Source of the DNA: an uncultured Bacilli bacterium
Lineage (GTDB): Bacteria; Bacillota_I; Bacilli_A; RF39; UBA660
Direction of reading: 5' to 3'
Length of the DNA: 64,000 nucleotides
NCBI GenBank assembly: GCA_934149325.1
Contig: CAKPEJ010000003.1
Span: forward strand, 11,142 to 75,141
This document shows, piece by piece, positions 50,608-61,635 of this stretch. The notes under the pieces are model-generated. The model ran no database searches. It saw nothing but the letters and a program-made list of their open reading frames with translations, and was not told where the DNA came from. The translations under genes were made by a program, and so were the position numbers. Position 1 is the stretch's first letter. Each line of letters opens with the position of its first letter.

Positions 50608-53151
50608 ATGAATAGACAAGATGTAGATAGAAATAAAATAACTCCTATGATGAAGCAATATTTAGAAATAAAAGATGAAAATCTAGATAATATACTATTT
50701 TTTAGACTAGGTGATTTTTATGAAATGTTTTTTGAAGATGCTATTTTAGCATCTCATGAACTTGAACTTACTTTGACAGGAAAAAGTTGTGGTTTAGATG
50801 AGAGAGTTCCTATGTGTGGAATACCTTATCATTCAGCAAGTATTTATATAGATAAATTAGTTGAAAAAGGTTTTAAAGTTGCAATATGTGAACAAGTAGA
50901 AGATCCAAAAAATGCAAAAGGAATTGTAAAAAGAGATATAGTACAAATAATTTCATCAGGAACTAAAATGAATAGTGAATTTATTGATGAGGGAAGCAAT
51001 AATTATATTGGAAATATTTTAGATTTTAAATATTGCTATGTAGTAAGTTATGCAGATATAACTACTGGTGAATTTAATACATTTTTAATAGATCATGATG
51101 ATAGTGCTTTACTATCTGAAATTATAACTAGAAATATAAGAGAAATTGTAATTAAAAGTGATTTTGATAAAATTATATTAGATAGTTTAAAAAGACATTA
51201 TAATATTACAATTTCGATTTATAATAACGAAAATGTTAATAATGAATATGAACATATATATGAAAATATTAATGATGATAGATTATTAAAATCTATAAAG
51301 CATTTATTATCATATTTAGAAAATACTCAAAAAAGAAGTTTATCTCATTTACAAGAAGTACAAATAGTAGATCAAAATTCATTTATGAAAATGGATATAA
51401 ATACAAAAAGGAATCTTGAACTTACAGAAAATATTAGAACAAAAGAAAAAAAATATTCTTTGTTATGGCTTTTAGATAAAACTAAGACTGCAATGGGAAG
51501 TAGAAAATTAAAAAATTATATTCTTAATCCTCTTGTAAATAAAGAAAAAATAGAATATAGATATAATGTAGTTGAAACGCTTATTAATGAATTTATCTTA
51601 AAAGAAGAACTAAGAGAATTATTAAATAGTGTATATGATCTTGAAAGATTATCAGGTAGAATAGCATTTGGTACTGCGAATGCCAGAGATTTGCTTCAAT
51701 TAAAGACATCTTTAGAAGTATTACCAGATATTAATAAGATATTAAAAAATATAAAATATAAAGAAATAAACGAATTTAAAGATTTACATGATTTACTTGA
51801 AAAATCTATATATGAAGATGCTCCTATTACTTTAAAAGAAGGATATTTAATTAAAGATGGATATAATAGTGAACTTGATGAACTTAAATTGTCTAGAAAA
51901 GGTAATAAAGATTTTGTATCAAAATTAGAACAAGAAGAAAGAGAAAGAACAGGTATTAAAACTTTAAAAGTAGGATACAATAGAATTTTTGGATATTATA
52001 TAGAAGTCAGTAAAGGTGCTCTAAAAGATATAAAAGAAGAGTATGGATATCAAAGAAAGCAAACTTTAGCAAATTGTGAAAGATTTATAACACCTTTATT
52101 AAAAGAAAAAGAATCTTTAATATTAGGTGCTGAAGAAAAAATAATATCATTAGAATATGAACTTTTTGTTGATATTAGAAATATAGTAAAAACATATATT
52201 CCTGCATTACAAGATTTAGCACATATTTTATCAGAAATAGATGTTTTAGCGTCTTTTGCAGTTGTTGCTGAAGAAAATAATTATGTAAGACCTAAATTAA
52301 ATAATGAACATGTAATTGATATAAAGGATGGAAGACATCCAGTAATTGAAAAAGTACTTGAAAATACAGAATTTGTAAGTAATGATATTGTGTTTGATAA
52401 AGATACTAGTGTTATTTTAATAACAGGACCTAATATGGCAGGTAAGTCAACATATATGAGACAAATGGCAATAATATCAATTATGGCTCAAATAGGATCA
52501 TTTGTTCCAGCATCAAGTGCTAATTTACCAATATTTGATCAAATATTTACAAGAATAGGTGCGAGTGATGATTTGGTTTCTGGTGAATCAACATTTATGG
52601 TTGAAATGATGGAAGCAAATAAAGCAATAACAAATGCAACAGAAAATAGTTTAATATTATTTGATGAACTAGGTAGAGGAACAGCAACATATGATGGCAT
52701 GAGTCTTGCGGGTGCAATAATAGAATATATTCATGATAAAATAGGTGCAAAAACATTCTTTTCAACTCATTATCATGAACTTACAGAACTTGAAAAAAAT
52801 CATAAACATTTAAAAAATGTACATGTAAGTGCACTAGAAGAAAATGGAAAAATAACTTTCCTTCATAAAATAAAAGAAAGTAGTATTGATAAAAGTTATG
52901 GTATACATGTTGCATCTTTAGCAAAGTTACCAAGTGATTTAATAAAAAGAGCAAATGAACTTTTAGAAAGTTATGAAAATAAAAGCTCAAAAGTAGTTCC
53001 TAGTGCTACTCAAATGTCAATGAATTTTGATGAAGAAAAAAAAGAAAATAAAGCAATAGAAAAATTAAAAGAAATAAATCCATTAGAATTAACTCCAATG
53101 GAGGCAATAAATACATTATATGAAATTAAAAAATTAAGTGAGGAAAGATAA
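50608..53151 (+). CDS. mutS: DNA mismatch repair protein MutS
   Basis: TPMMKQYLEIK, Walker A GPNMAGKST, STFMVEM, DELGRGT. Confidence 0.9.
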   Translation: MNRQDVDRNKITPMMKQYLEIKDENLDNILFFRLGDFYEMFFEDAILASHELELTLTGKSCGLDERVPMCGIPYHSASIYIDKLVEKGFKVAICEQVEDPKNAKGIVKRDIVQIISSGTKMNSEFIDEGSNNYIGNILDFKYCYVVSYADITTGEFNTFLIDHDDSALLSEIITRNIREIVIKSDFDKIILDSLKRHYNITISIYNNENVNNEYEHIYENINDDRLLKSIKHLLSYLENTQKRSLSHLQEVQIVDQNSFMKMDINTKRNLELTENIRTKEKKYSLLWLLDKTKTAMGSRKLKNYILNPLVNKEKIEYRYNVVETLINEFILKEELRELLNSVYDLERLSGRIAFGTANARDLLQLKTSLEVLPDINKILKNIKYKEINEFKDLHDLLEKSIYEDAPITLKEGYLIKDGYNSELDELKLSRKGNKDFVSKLEQEERERTGIKTLKVGYNRIFGYYIEVSKGALKDIKEEYGYQRKQTLANCERFITPLLKEKESLILGAEEKIISLEYELFVDIRNIVKTYIPALQDLAHILSEIDVLASFAVVAEENNYVRPKLNNEHVIDIKDGRHPVIEKVLENTEFVSNDIVFDKDTSVILITGPNMAGKSTYMRQMAIISIMAQIGSFVPASSANLPIFDQIFTRIGASDDLVSGESTFMVEMMEANKAITNATENSLILFDELGRGTATYDGMSLAGAIIEYIHDKIGAKTFFSTHYHELTELEKNHKHLKNVHVSALEENGKITFLHKIKESSIDKSYGIHVASLAKLPSDLIKRANELLESYENKSSKVVPSATQMSMNFDEEKKENKAIEKLKEINPLELTPMEAINTLYEIKKLSEER

Positions 53152-53775
53152 ATGAAAGTATCAGTATCAATATTAAAAGAAAAAGAAAATTATTTAGATG
53201 TAATAGAAAAATTAAACAATTCAAAAGCTGATTATATACATATAGATGTACTAGATAATACTTTTATTAAAACTTCATCTTTTGATATAGATGATTTTAA
53301 AAATATAAAATTTAATAAAAAATTAGATATTCATTTAATGAGTAGTAATTTAGAAAAACAAATAAATGACTTTAGTCTTTTAAATCCAGAATATATATCA
53401 ATCCATGAAGAAGTAGGAGATACTTTAAAATACTTAAATAAAATAAAAAATAAAGGAATAAAAGCAGGTATTGTTATTAATCCAGAAACGGATATAGAAA
53501 AAGTATATCCTTATTTAGAAATAGTAGATTTAATATTAATTATGAGTGTTAATCCTGGAAAGGGTGGACAAGAATTTATGACTTCTGTTATAGGTAAGAT
53601 GCAAGAATTAAAAGAAATACAAGATAGATATAATTATGTTATTGAAGTTGATGGTGGAATAAATAATGATACTATAAAATATGTAAGTAATTATGTAGAT
53701 ATAGCTGTTTCAGGTAGTTATATTACAGATAGTATTGATTATGATAAAAATATTGAAAATTTAAAAAGAGAGTAA
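53152..53775 (+). CDS. rpe: Ribulose-phosphate 3-epimerase family
   Basis: SILKEK...DYIHIDVLDNTF, ILIMSVNPGKGGQEF, IEVDGGIN. Confidence 0.75.
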   Translation: MKVSVSILKEKENYLDVIEKLNNSKADYIHIDVLDNTFIKTSSFDIDDFKNIKFNKKLDIHLMSSNLEKQINDFSLLNPEYISIHEEVGDTLKYLNKIKNKGIKAGIVINPETDIEKVYPYLEIVDLILIMSVNPGKGGQEFMTSVIGKMQELKEIQDRYNYVIEVDGGINNDTIKYVSNYVDIAVSGSYITDSIDYDKNIENLKRE

Positions 53776-53927
53776 ATTCTCTTTTTTTTTTGTGAATTTT
53801 ATTAAGCTGTATAAATCTTATTAATTTTTTACGCTAATTTTACATTTATGATGATAAAAGAATTTGTATTGATTTAAATAGATAAAAATATTTGTTATAA
53901 TTTTACTAGATAATAAGGAGTGGTAGT

Positions 53928-55895
53928 ATGAAGAAAAAGACTAGTTATTTATTAATCATATTTTTATCTTTTATGTTTATTAGTAATGTACATGCTAATA
54001 CAAGTTTTAAAACGTGCTCAACTAGTGAACCATCTTATTTTAGAAAAACACCAGGTGGCTCAGTAGTAACAGATGTTGATAAGCATAGTGTTTTATTATC
54101 AACTGATACAAGAGTTGAAGTTGTTGAAGAAACAAATGGTTATAAAAAGGTAAAAGGTAATTATTATTCTAACAATTATGTTGGTTGGATTTCTAATAGT
54201 TATTTAAAAGATTGTAAAACATATACAACTGACGATAATTATGGTAATAGTTTAAGAAGTGAAGGTTTTCCAGAAAGCTATATTTTACCACTTCAAAAGT
54301 TACATGCTATTCATCCTAATTGGATATTTAAATCTTCAAAAAACGGTAATGGATTAGATTTTAATTCAGTTATAAATGGTGAATATAATCCAGTAAATAA
54401 GAATTTAATTGATAGTCCATATGATACTTTAAGGGCAAAAGACGGTGCTGCATATAATAACGGAGTTTATACACAATTTGAACCTGGTTGGTATGGAGCA
54501 AGCAAGCAAACAATAAGTTTTTATATTGATCCAAGAAACTGGATAAATGAATATACTATTTATATGTTTGAACAACAATCATATAATTCTACTACTCATA
54601 CTGAAGCTGCAGTTAATAGTATAACATCAGGAACTTATTTAAATGATTATTCAAAATATTTTGTAGAAGCAGGTAAAAAGTATAATGTTAGTCCAGTAGC
54701 ACTTGCTGTAAGAGCAATACAAGAACAAGGTGTATCTGGTTCAACAATATCAAAAATGAATTATAATGGAACTATATATTATAATTTCTTTAATATAAAT
54801 GCACAAGGATCAACAAAAGATAAAATATATAATAATGCACTTCAAACAGCTATAAAAAATAATTGGACAAGTCCAGAAGCTTGTATAAATGCTGGAGCTA
54901 GTTTATTTGCTGGTAATTATATTAAGTATGGTCAAGATACAAATTATTATCAAAAATTTAATACTATTAATAATGAAGCATTATATGTTAATCAATATAT
55001 GGCAAATGTTAGAGTACTTCCATCTGAAAGTTATAAAACTCGTTCTAGTTATAAAAAAGCAAATAAAATTGAGTCAAATATTACATTTAAAATACCTGTT
55101 TATAATAATATGCCAGATTCAACTACATTAGGAATAAATGGTAATGGAGATAATACTTTAAAATCATTATCTGTAAGTAATTGTTCATTTAATTTCTATT
55201 CGTCAGTTGTTAATTATTCATGCTCAGTTCCAAGTAATGTAAATAAAGTTACAGTAAAAGCTGAAAAAGCTGGTTCATCATCAAGTGTAACAGGAGTAGG
55301 TGATTATAATTTAACAGGAAATACTACAATTATTAAAGTTGTTGTAACAGCAGAAAATGGTGATACAAAAACATATACTGTAACAATTAATAAATCAAAT
55401 ACTACAAATGGTAGCCAAAATAGTGGTAATAATAATCAAAATAATGGTGGAAATAATTTTGAATCACCAGCATCTATTATTAGTGGTATAGGATTAGATA
55501 ATAGAAATAACTTTATATATGGTATTGCTTTAGGTAACAGTAGAGATTCATTTATATCAAATATTAAAAATAGATATTCTACATCTAATATTTCAATAGT
55601 AAATAAATATAATTCAGGTGTAAATAATGGAAGTATTTCAACAGGTGATAAAGTTACAATAACAAATGGATCAAATTCTCAAGTATTTACTGTAGTAATA
55701 AATGGAGATCCAAGTGGTGATGGAAGTGTTGATATATCAGATTTAGCAATGGTAAAAGCAAAAATGTTAAATAAGGTTAATTTAAGTGTTGCAGAGTTTG
55801 ATGCTGCTGATGTAAATAATGATGGTAAAGTTGATATATCAGATTTAGCAATGGTAAAAGCTCATATGCTTGGGAAAATAAAGATAACTAAATAG
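53928..55895 (+). CDS. Secreted multidomain protein: SH3b + GH73-like glucosaminidase + cadherin-like domain + type I dockerin
   Basis: Signal peptide. SH3b region (VEVVEETNGYKKVKGNYYSNNYVGWISNSYL). GH73-like motifs (AVRAIQEQGVSGS...YNFFNINAQG). C-terminal dockerin duplication DGSVDISDLAMVKAKML / DGKVDISDLAMVKAHML. Confidence 0.5.
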   Translation: MKKKTSYLLIIFLSFMFISNVHANTSFKTCSTSEPSYFRKTPGGSVVTDVDKHSVLLSTDTRVEVVEETNGYKKVKGNYYSNNYVGWISNSYLKDCKTYTTDDNYGNSLRSEGFPESYILPLQKLHAIHPNWIFKSSKNGNGLDFNSVINGEYNPVNKNLIDSPYDTLRAKDGAAYNNGVYTQFEPGWYGASKQTISFYIDPRNWINEYTIYMFEQQSYNSTTHTEAAVNSITSGTYLNDYSKYFVEAGKKYNVSPVALAVRAIQEQGVSGSTISKMNYNGTIYYNFFNINAQGSTKDKIYNNALQTAIKNNWTSPEACINAGASLFAGNYIKYGQDTNYYQKFNTINNEALYVNQYMANVRVLPSESYKTRSSYKKANKIESNITFKIPVYNNMPDSTTLGINGNGDNTLKSLSVSNCSFNFYSSVVNYSCSVPSNVNKVTVKAEKAGSSSSVTGVGDYNLTGNTTIIKVVVTAENGDTKTYTVTINKSNTTNGSQNSGNNNQNNGGNNFESPASIISGIGLDNRNNFIYGIALGNSRDSFISNIKNRYSTSNISIVNKYNSGVNNGSISTGDKVTITNGSNSQVFTVVINGDPSGDGSVDISDLAMVKAKMLNKVNLSVAEFDAADVNNDGKVDISDLAMVKAHMLGKIKITK

Positions 55896-55907
55896 GAGGA
55901 ATAAATT

Positions 55908-57218
55908 ATGAAAAAAAGATATTTAATATTTCTTCTTACTATATTACTTATACCAAGAGTAGCATTAGCTGCTCCTTCTGCATCATTATCATGTAGATCA
56001 GCAGGTACAGTTACAGTAGGAAGTACAATAAGTGTAACCATATCAGGTAGTGTAAGTGAAGAAGTAATGTGGGACGTAACAGCCTATTCAAATGATGAGT
56101 CAAAATTAAAAATAGCAAGTGATTCAAGGTATATATCAGATTCATTTTCTTCATCTATGAGTAAAACATTTAAATTTAGAGCAACAGATGTTGGTACTGT
56201 AACCGTATCATCTAATGCATCTGTTTCAAATTATAGTGGACAAAAAGGAAATAGTTCTACTAGTTGTTCAATAAAAGTAGTTGAAAAAAAAGAAGAAAAA
56301 CCAAAAAGTTCTGATAATAGTTTAAAATCTTTAGAGATAGAAGGAACAAAGTTTGATTTTAATAAAGATACTTTAGAATATAATGTAGAAGTGTTAAGTG
56401 ATGAAAAAACAAAAATAAATGTAAAAGCAGAAGTAAATGATAAAACTGCTAAAATATCTGGAACAGGAGAAAAAGAAGTTGATCTTGGAATAAATAAAAT
56501 AGAAGTAAATGTAACAGCGGAAAATGGAAGTGTTAGAACTTATGTATTAAATGTAACTGTTTCAGAAAAAAATCCAATTATTGTTAAAATTGATGGAAAA
56601 AAGTATAAAATTTTAAGAAAAATAGATGGAATTGATATGCCAGACGGTTATGAAAAAAAATCTATTAAAATAAAGAATAAAGATGTAGAAGTTTATTATA
56701 GTTCAAAGACTAAATATACTTTAGTTGCATTAACAAATGATAATGTAACTAGTTTATTTATTTATAAAAATAATAAATATACTAGATATAGTGAACTTAC
56801 AAATAGTTCTCTTAGATTATTAGTACAAAAACCAAATAATAAAGATATTCCATATAAGTATAAAAAATGTACATTTAATATAGATAATAATATTGTAGAT
56901 GGATATGAACTTAGTTCTGATTCTAGATTTAAATTAGTGTATGCACTTAATTTAGATACAAATGAAAAATCATTTTACTTATATGATTTAGATGAAAAAA
57001 CTTTTCAAAGATTTTATGATGAACAAGTATTAATATATATTGAATTAGTAAAAAAATTTAAAGTAGGTATAGTTATTTTAGGTGGTTTATTTGCAGTATT
57101 ATTAATGACTATTGTATGTTTATTCAGTGTTAATCATAAAACTAAAAAAAGAATTAATAATTATTCTTTTAATGAGCAAAAAATTAATAAAAAAGAAAAA
57201 AACATTTTAGATGAATAA
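55908..57218 (+). CDS. Secreted cadherin-like-domain protein with C-terminal TM anchor
   Basis: Signal peptide; cadherin-like beta-sandwich signature (LKSLEIEGTKFDFNKDTLEYNVEV...TYVLNVTV); C-terminal hydrophobic helix followed by a basic tail. Confidence 0.4.
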   Translation: MKKRYLIFLLTILLIPRVALAAPSASLSCRSAGTVTVGSTISVTISGSVSEEVMWDVTAYSNDESKLKIASDSRYISDSFSSSMSKTFKFRATDVGTVTVSSNASVSNYSGQKGNSSTSCSIKVVEKKEEKPKSSDNSLKSLEIEGTKFDFNKDTLEYNVEVLSDEKTKINVKAEVNDKTAKISGTGEKEVDLGINKIEVNVTAENGSVRTYVLNVTVSEKNPIIVKIDGKKYKILRKIDGIDMPDGYEKKSIKIKNKDVEVYYSSKTKYTLVALTNDNVTSLFIYKNNKYTRYSELTNSSLRLLVQKPNNKDIPYKYKKCTFNIDNNIVDGYELSSDSRFKLVYALNLDTNEKSFYLYDLDEKTFQRFYDEQVLIYIELVKKFKVGIVILGGLFAVLLMTIVCLFSVNHKTKKRINNYSFNEQKINKKEKNILDE

Positions 57219-57333
57219 AATGTTTTTTTTAGGTTAACATATTAATACATGATAGTTTATATGTTAAAAAAGGTAATATGCGGGATGCTATTACTTTTTT
57301 TATGAAAAATAAAAAATGATATTTAATCATTTA

Positions 57334-57507
57334 TTATTTATTCATTATCTTATTTAAAGTTCTTGCTTCTCTTACTGTTGTCTTAAACTTAACACCATTT
57401 ATAGTTACATATTGACAGTTTAAATTTTGTCTTCTATTTTGTTTGTTATTAGCGTGTGATACGTTTTTTGCTTTATTAAATCTTTTACTAGTTACTATTT
57501 TTGACAT
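57334..57507 (-). CDS. rpmB: 50S ribosomal protein L28
   Basis: SKRFNKAKNVSHANNKQNRRQNLN...TINGVKFKTTVREARTL matches L28 (…GNNRSHAMN…NLQKV…VSARAL). Start MSKIVT after RBS GGAGGTGG; the track ORF is extended to 57522. Confidence 0.8.
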   Translation of the reverse strand: MSKIVTSKRFNKAKNVSHANNKQNRRQNLNCQYVTINGVKFKTTVREARTLNKIMNK

Positions 57508-57630
57508 GTTTTCCACCTCCAATAAATCTCTGCTTTATAACTTTATCATATTATTTAACTTTAGTCAATTAATATTGTTTTAAAATCGTCAAAAATGTAG
57601 TAAAATGTATATAGTTAAGGAGGGATAATT

Positions 57631-60510
57631 ATGAATTACATACCATTAAAGATAAAAACTAATTATTCTCTTCTAAATAGTCTTATAGATATAGAAAAGT
57701 TAGTTACAGTTTCAAAAGAAAGAAATATTAACATTTTAGGTATATGTGATGATAATATGTTTGGTGTAATGGACTTTTATACTATATGTAAAAAAAATAA
57801 TATAAAACCTATTATTGGACTTGAAGTAATAGTAGATGATAATAAAATATTATTGTATTGTAAAAATTATAACGGATATAAAAATTTATGTTATATATCA
57901 AGTAATGAAAAAACTATTGATTTGATAAAAAATAATTGTTCTGATTTACTATGTATTATTCCTTATGAATCAATAAATGCTTATGATACTTACAAAGAAT
58001 ATTTTAACGATATATACGTTAGTTATAAATCTATATCTGAAAGAAATAATATAAATAATAAAAAATGTATTTATTTAAATGATATTAGATGTTTAAAAAA
58101 AGAAGATACAAAATATTTAAAATATGCTTATATGATTAAAAATGGTGAAAAGATAAAAGAGAGTAATGAGTATGATTTTTCTACTAATTACTTTGATTTA
58201 AATGTAGAAATAGAAAAAAATGATTTAATTAATTATAAAATTATTAATGAATTATGTAATGTAGAAATAGAAAAACAAAATGATTTATTACCAAAGTATA
58301 GTTCTGAAATAGATTTTGATGAAAAAAAATATTTATATAGTTTATGTAAAAAAGGATTATTAAAACGATTTAATAATAATGTTCCTATAAAATACGTAAA
58401 AAGATTAAATTATGAACTTGGTGTAATTAATAAAATGGGTTTTTCTAATTATTTTTTAGTAGTATGGGATTTTGTCAAATATGCAAAAAATAATGATATT
58501 TTAGTAGGCCCTGGTAGAGGGAGCGCTGCAGGCTCTTTAGTTAGTTATTCATTGGGTATAACAGATGTTGATCCTATAAAATATAATTTATTCTTTGAAA
58601 GATTTTTGAATCCAGAAAGAGTTACAATGCCTGATATTGATATTGATATTGAATCAGAAAAAAGAGAAGAAGTAATTGAATATGTTAGAAAAAAATATGG
58701 CTATGATAAAGTTGCAAATATAATAACTTTTGGTACAATGAAAGCTAAACAAGTTTTAAGAGATGTTGCAAGGTTATTTGATTATGATATAGATTCTTTT
58801 ATAAAATTGTTTGATTCAAATCTATCTTTAGAAGAAAATAGAAAAAATAATGATATAAATAATAGATTATTAAGTGATACATTTTTATCTAGAATTTATG
58901 ATATATCAATTCATTTAGAAGGCTTAAAACGTCATGCTTCAATAAATGCTGCTGGAGTCGTAATTTCATGTAAAGAACTTGATAAATATATTCCTATATA
59001 TAATCAAAGTATGGTAAACGTTACAGGTTATACAATAGATCATTTAGAAAATTTAGGTTTCTTAAAAATAGATTTCTTAGCTCTTGAAAATTTATCGTTA
59101 TTAAGTAGTCTAAAGAATGAAATAAAAACTATAGATTTATCTAATATTCCTCTTGATGATGAAAAAACATTTAAAATATTTAAAGATGCTAATACAGATG
59201 GAATATTTCAATTCGAAAGTTTTGGAATAAAACAAGTTTTAAGAAAATTTAATGTATCGTCTTTTGAAGATATTATTGCATTATTAGCTTTATATAGACC
59301 TGGTCCTATGGAAAATATAGATTTATATATAAATAGAAAAGAAGGAAAAGAAAAAATACAATATTTACATGACGATTTAAAAGAAATATTAGAAAGTACT
59401 TATGGAATAATTATATATCAAGAACAAATAATGCAAATAGCAACTAAGTTTTCATCTTTTACATTAGGTGAAGCAGATTTACTTAGAAGAGCTATGAGTA
59501 AGAAGAAAAAACAGCTAATGGATACTTTAAAGATAAAGTTTATTAGTGGAGCAATAAATAATGGTTATAGCAAGGAAGTGGCAATTAAAATATATGATTT
59601 AATTTATAAATTTGCTAATTATGGTTTTAACAAATCCCATTCTGTTTGTTATGCTCTTATTTCTTATAAACTTGCATATATAAAAGCAAATTATTTACCT
59701 TATTTTATGTGTCATTTACTTTCTATGGTAAATGGAAATGAAAATAAGATTAGAAATTATATTTTAGAATGTAAAAGAAATAATATAGAGATATTAAAAC
59801 CGGATATAAATAAAAGTTCAAATAATTTTAAAATAGAAAATAATTCTATAATTTATTCATTATCTTCTATAAAAGGAATAGGAAATATTATTACTAATAG
59901 TATTATAAAAGAAAGAAATGAAAATGGTAATTTTACTGATTTCTTTAACTTTGTTCATAGATGTAAAGAAAATATAAATGTAAAAGTATTAGAAATATTA
60001 ATAAATGCAGGAGCGTTTGATTATCTTTCATATAATCATAAAACACTTATTAATAATATTGATTCTGCTATGAATTATGCAGAGTTAATCAATGATTTAG
60101 ATGAATCATTAGTAGAAAAACCAGAAATAGAAGTTACTGAAGAATATTCAAAGAATGAACTAATTGAAAAAGAGTATGAAGTTTTTGGTTTTTATTTAAC
60201 TAATCATCCAGTACAAGGAAAAAGAAAAAATAATCTTAATTTAAATTATATTAAATCATATTTTAATAAAAATATTGACTTATATTTATTAATAGATGGA
60301 AAAAGAGAAATAACTACTAAAAAAGGTGATAAAATGGCCTTTTTAACAGGTAGTGATGAATTTAATAAAGTTGATATAGTTATTTTTCCTAGAACATATG
60401 AAAAGTGTTATATGGTTAAAAGAGGAGATATAGTTTTTATTAATGGTAAAGTTGAAAAGAATAATAATGAGTATCAAATAATAGTAAATAATCTTAGTAT
60501 ACTAGATTAA
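57631..60510 (+). CDS. dnaE: DNA polymerase III alpha subunit (DnaE-type), compact 959-aa form
   Basis: N-terminal PHP domain; catalytic core GFSNYFLVVWDFVKYA...GPGRGSAAGSLVSYSLGITDVDP...MPDIDID; C-terminal OB fold. Confidence 0.85.
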   Translation: MNYIPLKIKTNYSLLNSLIDIEKLVTVSKERNINILGICDDNMFGVMDFYTICKKNNIKPIIGLEVIVDDNKILLYCKNYNGYKNLCYISSNEKTIDLIKNNCSDLLCIIPYESINAYDTYKEYFNDIYVSYKSISERNNINNKKCIYLNDIRCLKKEDTKYLKYAYMIKNGEKIKESNEYDFSTNYFDLNVEIEKNDLINYKIINELCNVEIEKQNDLLPKYSSEIDFDEKKYLYSLCKKGLLKRFNNNVPIKYVKRLNYELGVINKMGFSNYFLVVWDFVKYAKNNDILVGPGRGSAAGSLVSYSLGITDVDPIKYNLFFERFLNPERVTMPDIDIDIESEKREEVIEYVRKKYGYDKVANIITFGTMKAKQVLRDVARLFDYDIDSFIKLFDSNLSLEENRKNNDINNRLLSDTFLSRIYDISIHLEGLKRHASINAAGVVISCKELDKYIPIYNQSMVNVTGYTIDHLENLGFLKIDFLALENLSLLSSLKNEIKTIDLSNIPLDDEKTFKIFKDANTDGIFQFESFGIKQVLRKFNVSSFEDIIALLALYRPGPMENIDLYINRKEGKEKIQYLHDDLKEILESTYGIIIYQEQIMQIATKFSSFTLGEADLLRRAMSKKKKQLMDTLKIKFISGAINNGYSKEVAIKIYDLIYKFANYGFNKSHSVCYALISYKLAYIKANYLPYFMCHLLSMVNGNENKIRNYILECKRNNIEILKPDINKSSNNFKIENNSIIYSLSSIKGIGNIITNSIIKERNENGNFTDFFNFVHRCKENINVKVLEILINAGAFDYLSYNHKTLINNIDSAMNYAELINDLDESLVEKPEIEVTEEYSKNELIEKEYEVFGFYLTNHPVQGKRKNNLNLNYIKSYFNKNIDLYLLIDGKREITTKKGDKMAFLTGSDEFNKVDIVIFPRTYEKCYMVKRGDIVFINGKVEKNNNEYQIIVNNLSILD

Positions 60511-60544
60511 TTTAAATGAAAATAAACGTTGACATTATGTGGTA

Positions 60545-60668
60545 TTTTGTGGTAAAATCTTAATGTTTGTAAAGCCTTCTTATGGCTCTACAACCGCACT
60601 GATAAGGTTATAAGTTATTTTTAACACCTTTAAAGGCGAGTCTTAGAATATTTATAAAGGAGGTAACT
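60545..60668 (+). promoter_or_regulatory. Promoter TTGACA-N17-TAAAAT plus structured ribosomal-protein L21 leader upstream of rplU
   Basis: ttgacattatgtggtattttgtggtaaaat, then a ~100-nt leader with several stems, ahead of rplU-prp-rpmA. Confidence 0.5.
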
Positions 60669-60671
60669 AAA

Positions 60672-60968
60672 GTGAAAGCAATAATTGAAACAGGTGGAAA
60701 ACAATATCGTGTTCAAGAAGGAACTGAAATTTATGTTGAAAAACTAAATGGAGAAGAAGGTTCAAAAGTAACTTTTGATAAAGTTGTTTATGCTGATGGA
60801 AGAATGGGTATGCCTTATTTAACTGATGTTAAAGTTGTTGGTGAAATAGTTAAACAAGGAAAACAAAGAAAAATTAGAATTTTCAAATATAATGCTAAGA
60901 AAAATTATCATAAAACTCAAGGTCATAGACAACCATACACAAAAGTTGTTATTAAATCTATTAAATAA
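60672..60968 (+). CDS. rplU: 50S ribosomal protein L21
   Basis: [17 protein letters not shown]...[26 protein letters not shown]. Confidence 0.9.
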   Translation: MKAIIETGGKQYRVQEGTEIYVEKLNGEEGSKVTFDKVVYADGRMGMPYLTDVKVVGEIVKQGKQRKIRIFKYNAKKNYHKTQGHRQPYTKVVIKSIK

Positions 60969-60970
60969 TT

Positions 60971-61273
60971 ATGATTAAAGTAAATTTAAAAGAAAAGGAT
61001 AAAATTGTTATAACTGGTCATGCTGGTTATGATGATTATGGTAAAGATATAGTTTGTGCATCAGTAAGCTCTATAGTTATTACAACTATAAATGCAATTA
61101 TAGATATTGATGATACTGCTATAGAATATGAAGATTTAGATAATAAACTAGTTATTAAGATTTTAAAAGAAAATGATATTGTAAATAAATTGATAAATAA
61201 TATGATTTCTCTTTTAGGACAATTAGAAAATGACTATAAAGAATGTATAAAAATTATAAGGAGGAACGTTTGA
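60971..61273 (+). CDS. prp: Ribosomal-processing cysteine protease Prp
   Basis: [21 protein letters not shown]; positioned between rplU and rpmA. Confidence 0.8.
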   Translation: MIKVNLKEKDKIVITGHAGYDDYGKDIVCASVSSIVITTINAIIDIDDTAIEYEDLDNKLVIKILKENDIVNKLINNMISLLGQLENDYKECIKIIRRNV

Positions 61274-61274
61274 C

Positions 61275-61562
61275 ATGATAAAAATGATTTTAAATATACA
61301 AAAGTTTGCCCATGTTAAAGCACAAGGTTCTACTCATAATGGACGTGATAGTGCTGGTAGAAGATTAGGTGCAAAAGCAGCTGATGGTGAACTTATAAAT
61401 GCTGGTTCAATAATTTATCGTCAAAGAGGAACTAAAATTTATCCAGGTAAAAATGTTGGTATGGGTGTAGATCATACTTTATATGCTAAAGTTACTGGAT
61501 ATGTTAAATTTGAACGTAAAGGTAGAGATAAAAAACAAGTTAGTGTTTATGAAGAAAAATAA
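61275..61562 (+). CDS. rpmA: 50S ribosomal protein L27 (with N-terminal Prp-cleaved extension)
   Basis: [28 protein letters not shown]...[22 protein letters not shown]. Confidence 0.9.
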   Translation: MIKMILNIQKFAHVKAQGSTHNGRDSAGRRLGAKAADGELINAGSIIYRQRGTKIYPGKNVGMGVDHTLYAKVTGYVKFERKGRDKKQVSVYEEK

Positions 61563-61635
61563 TATCATCTTAGGATGATATTTTTTTATTAAAATATAAT
61601 TATGATATGTTATAATGATTTCAAGGAGGTGTTTT

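Noticed and set aside
57631-60510. DnaE is short (959 aa) compared with roughly 1100-aa homologues
   Set aside because: PHP, palm/fingers and OB regions all appear present. Compact DnaE forms exist in low-GC Firmicutes that also carry PolC, so this is probably normal.
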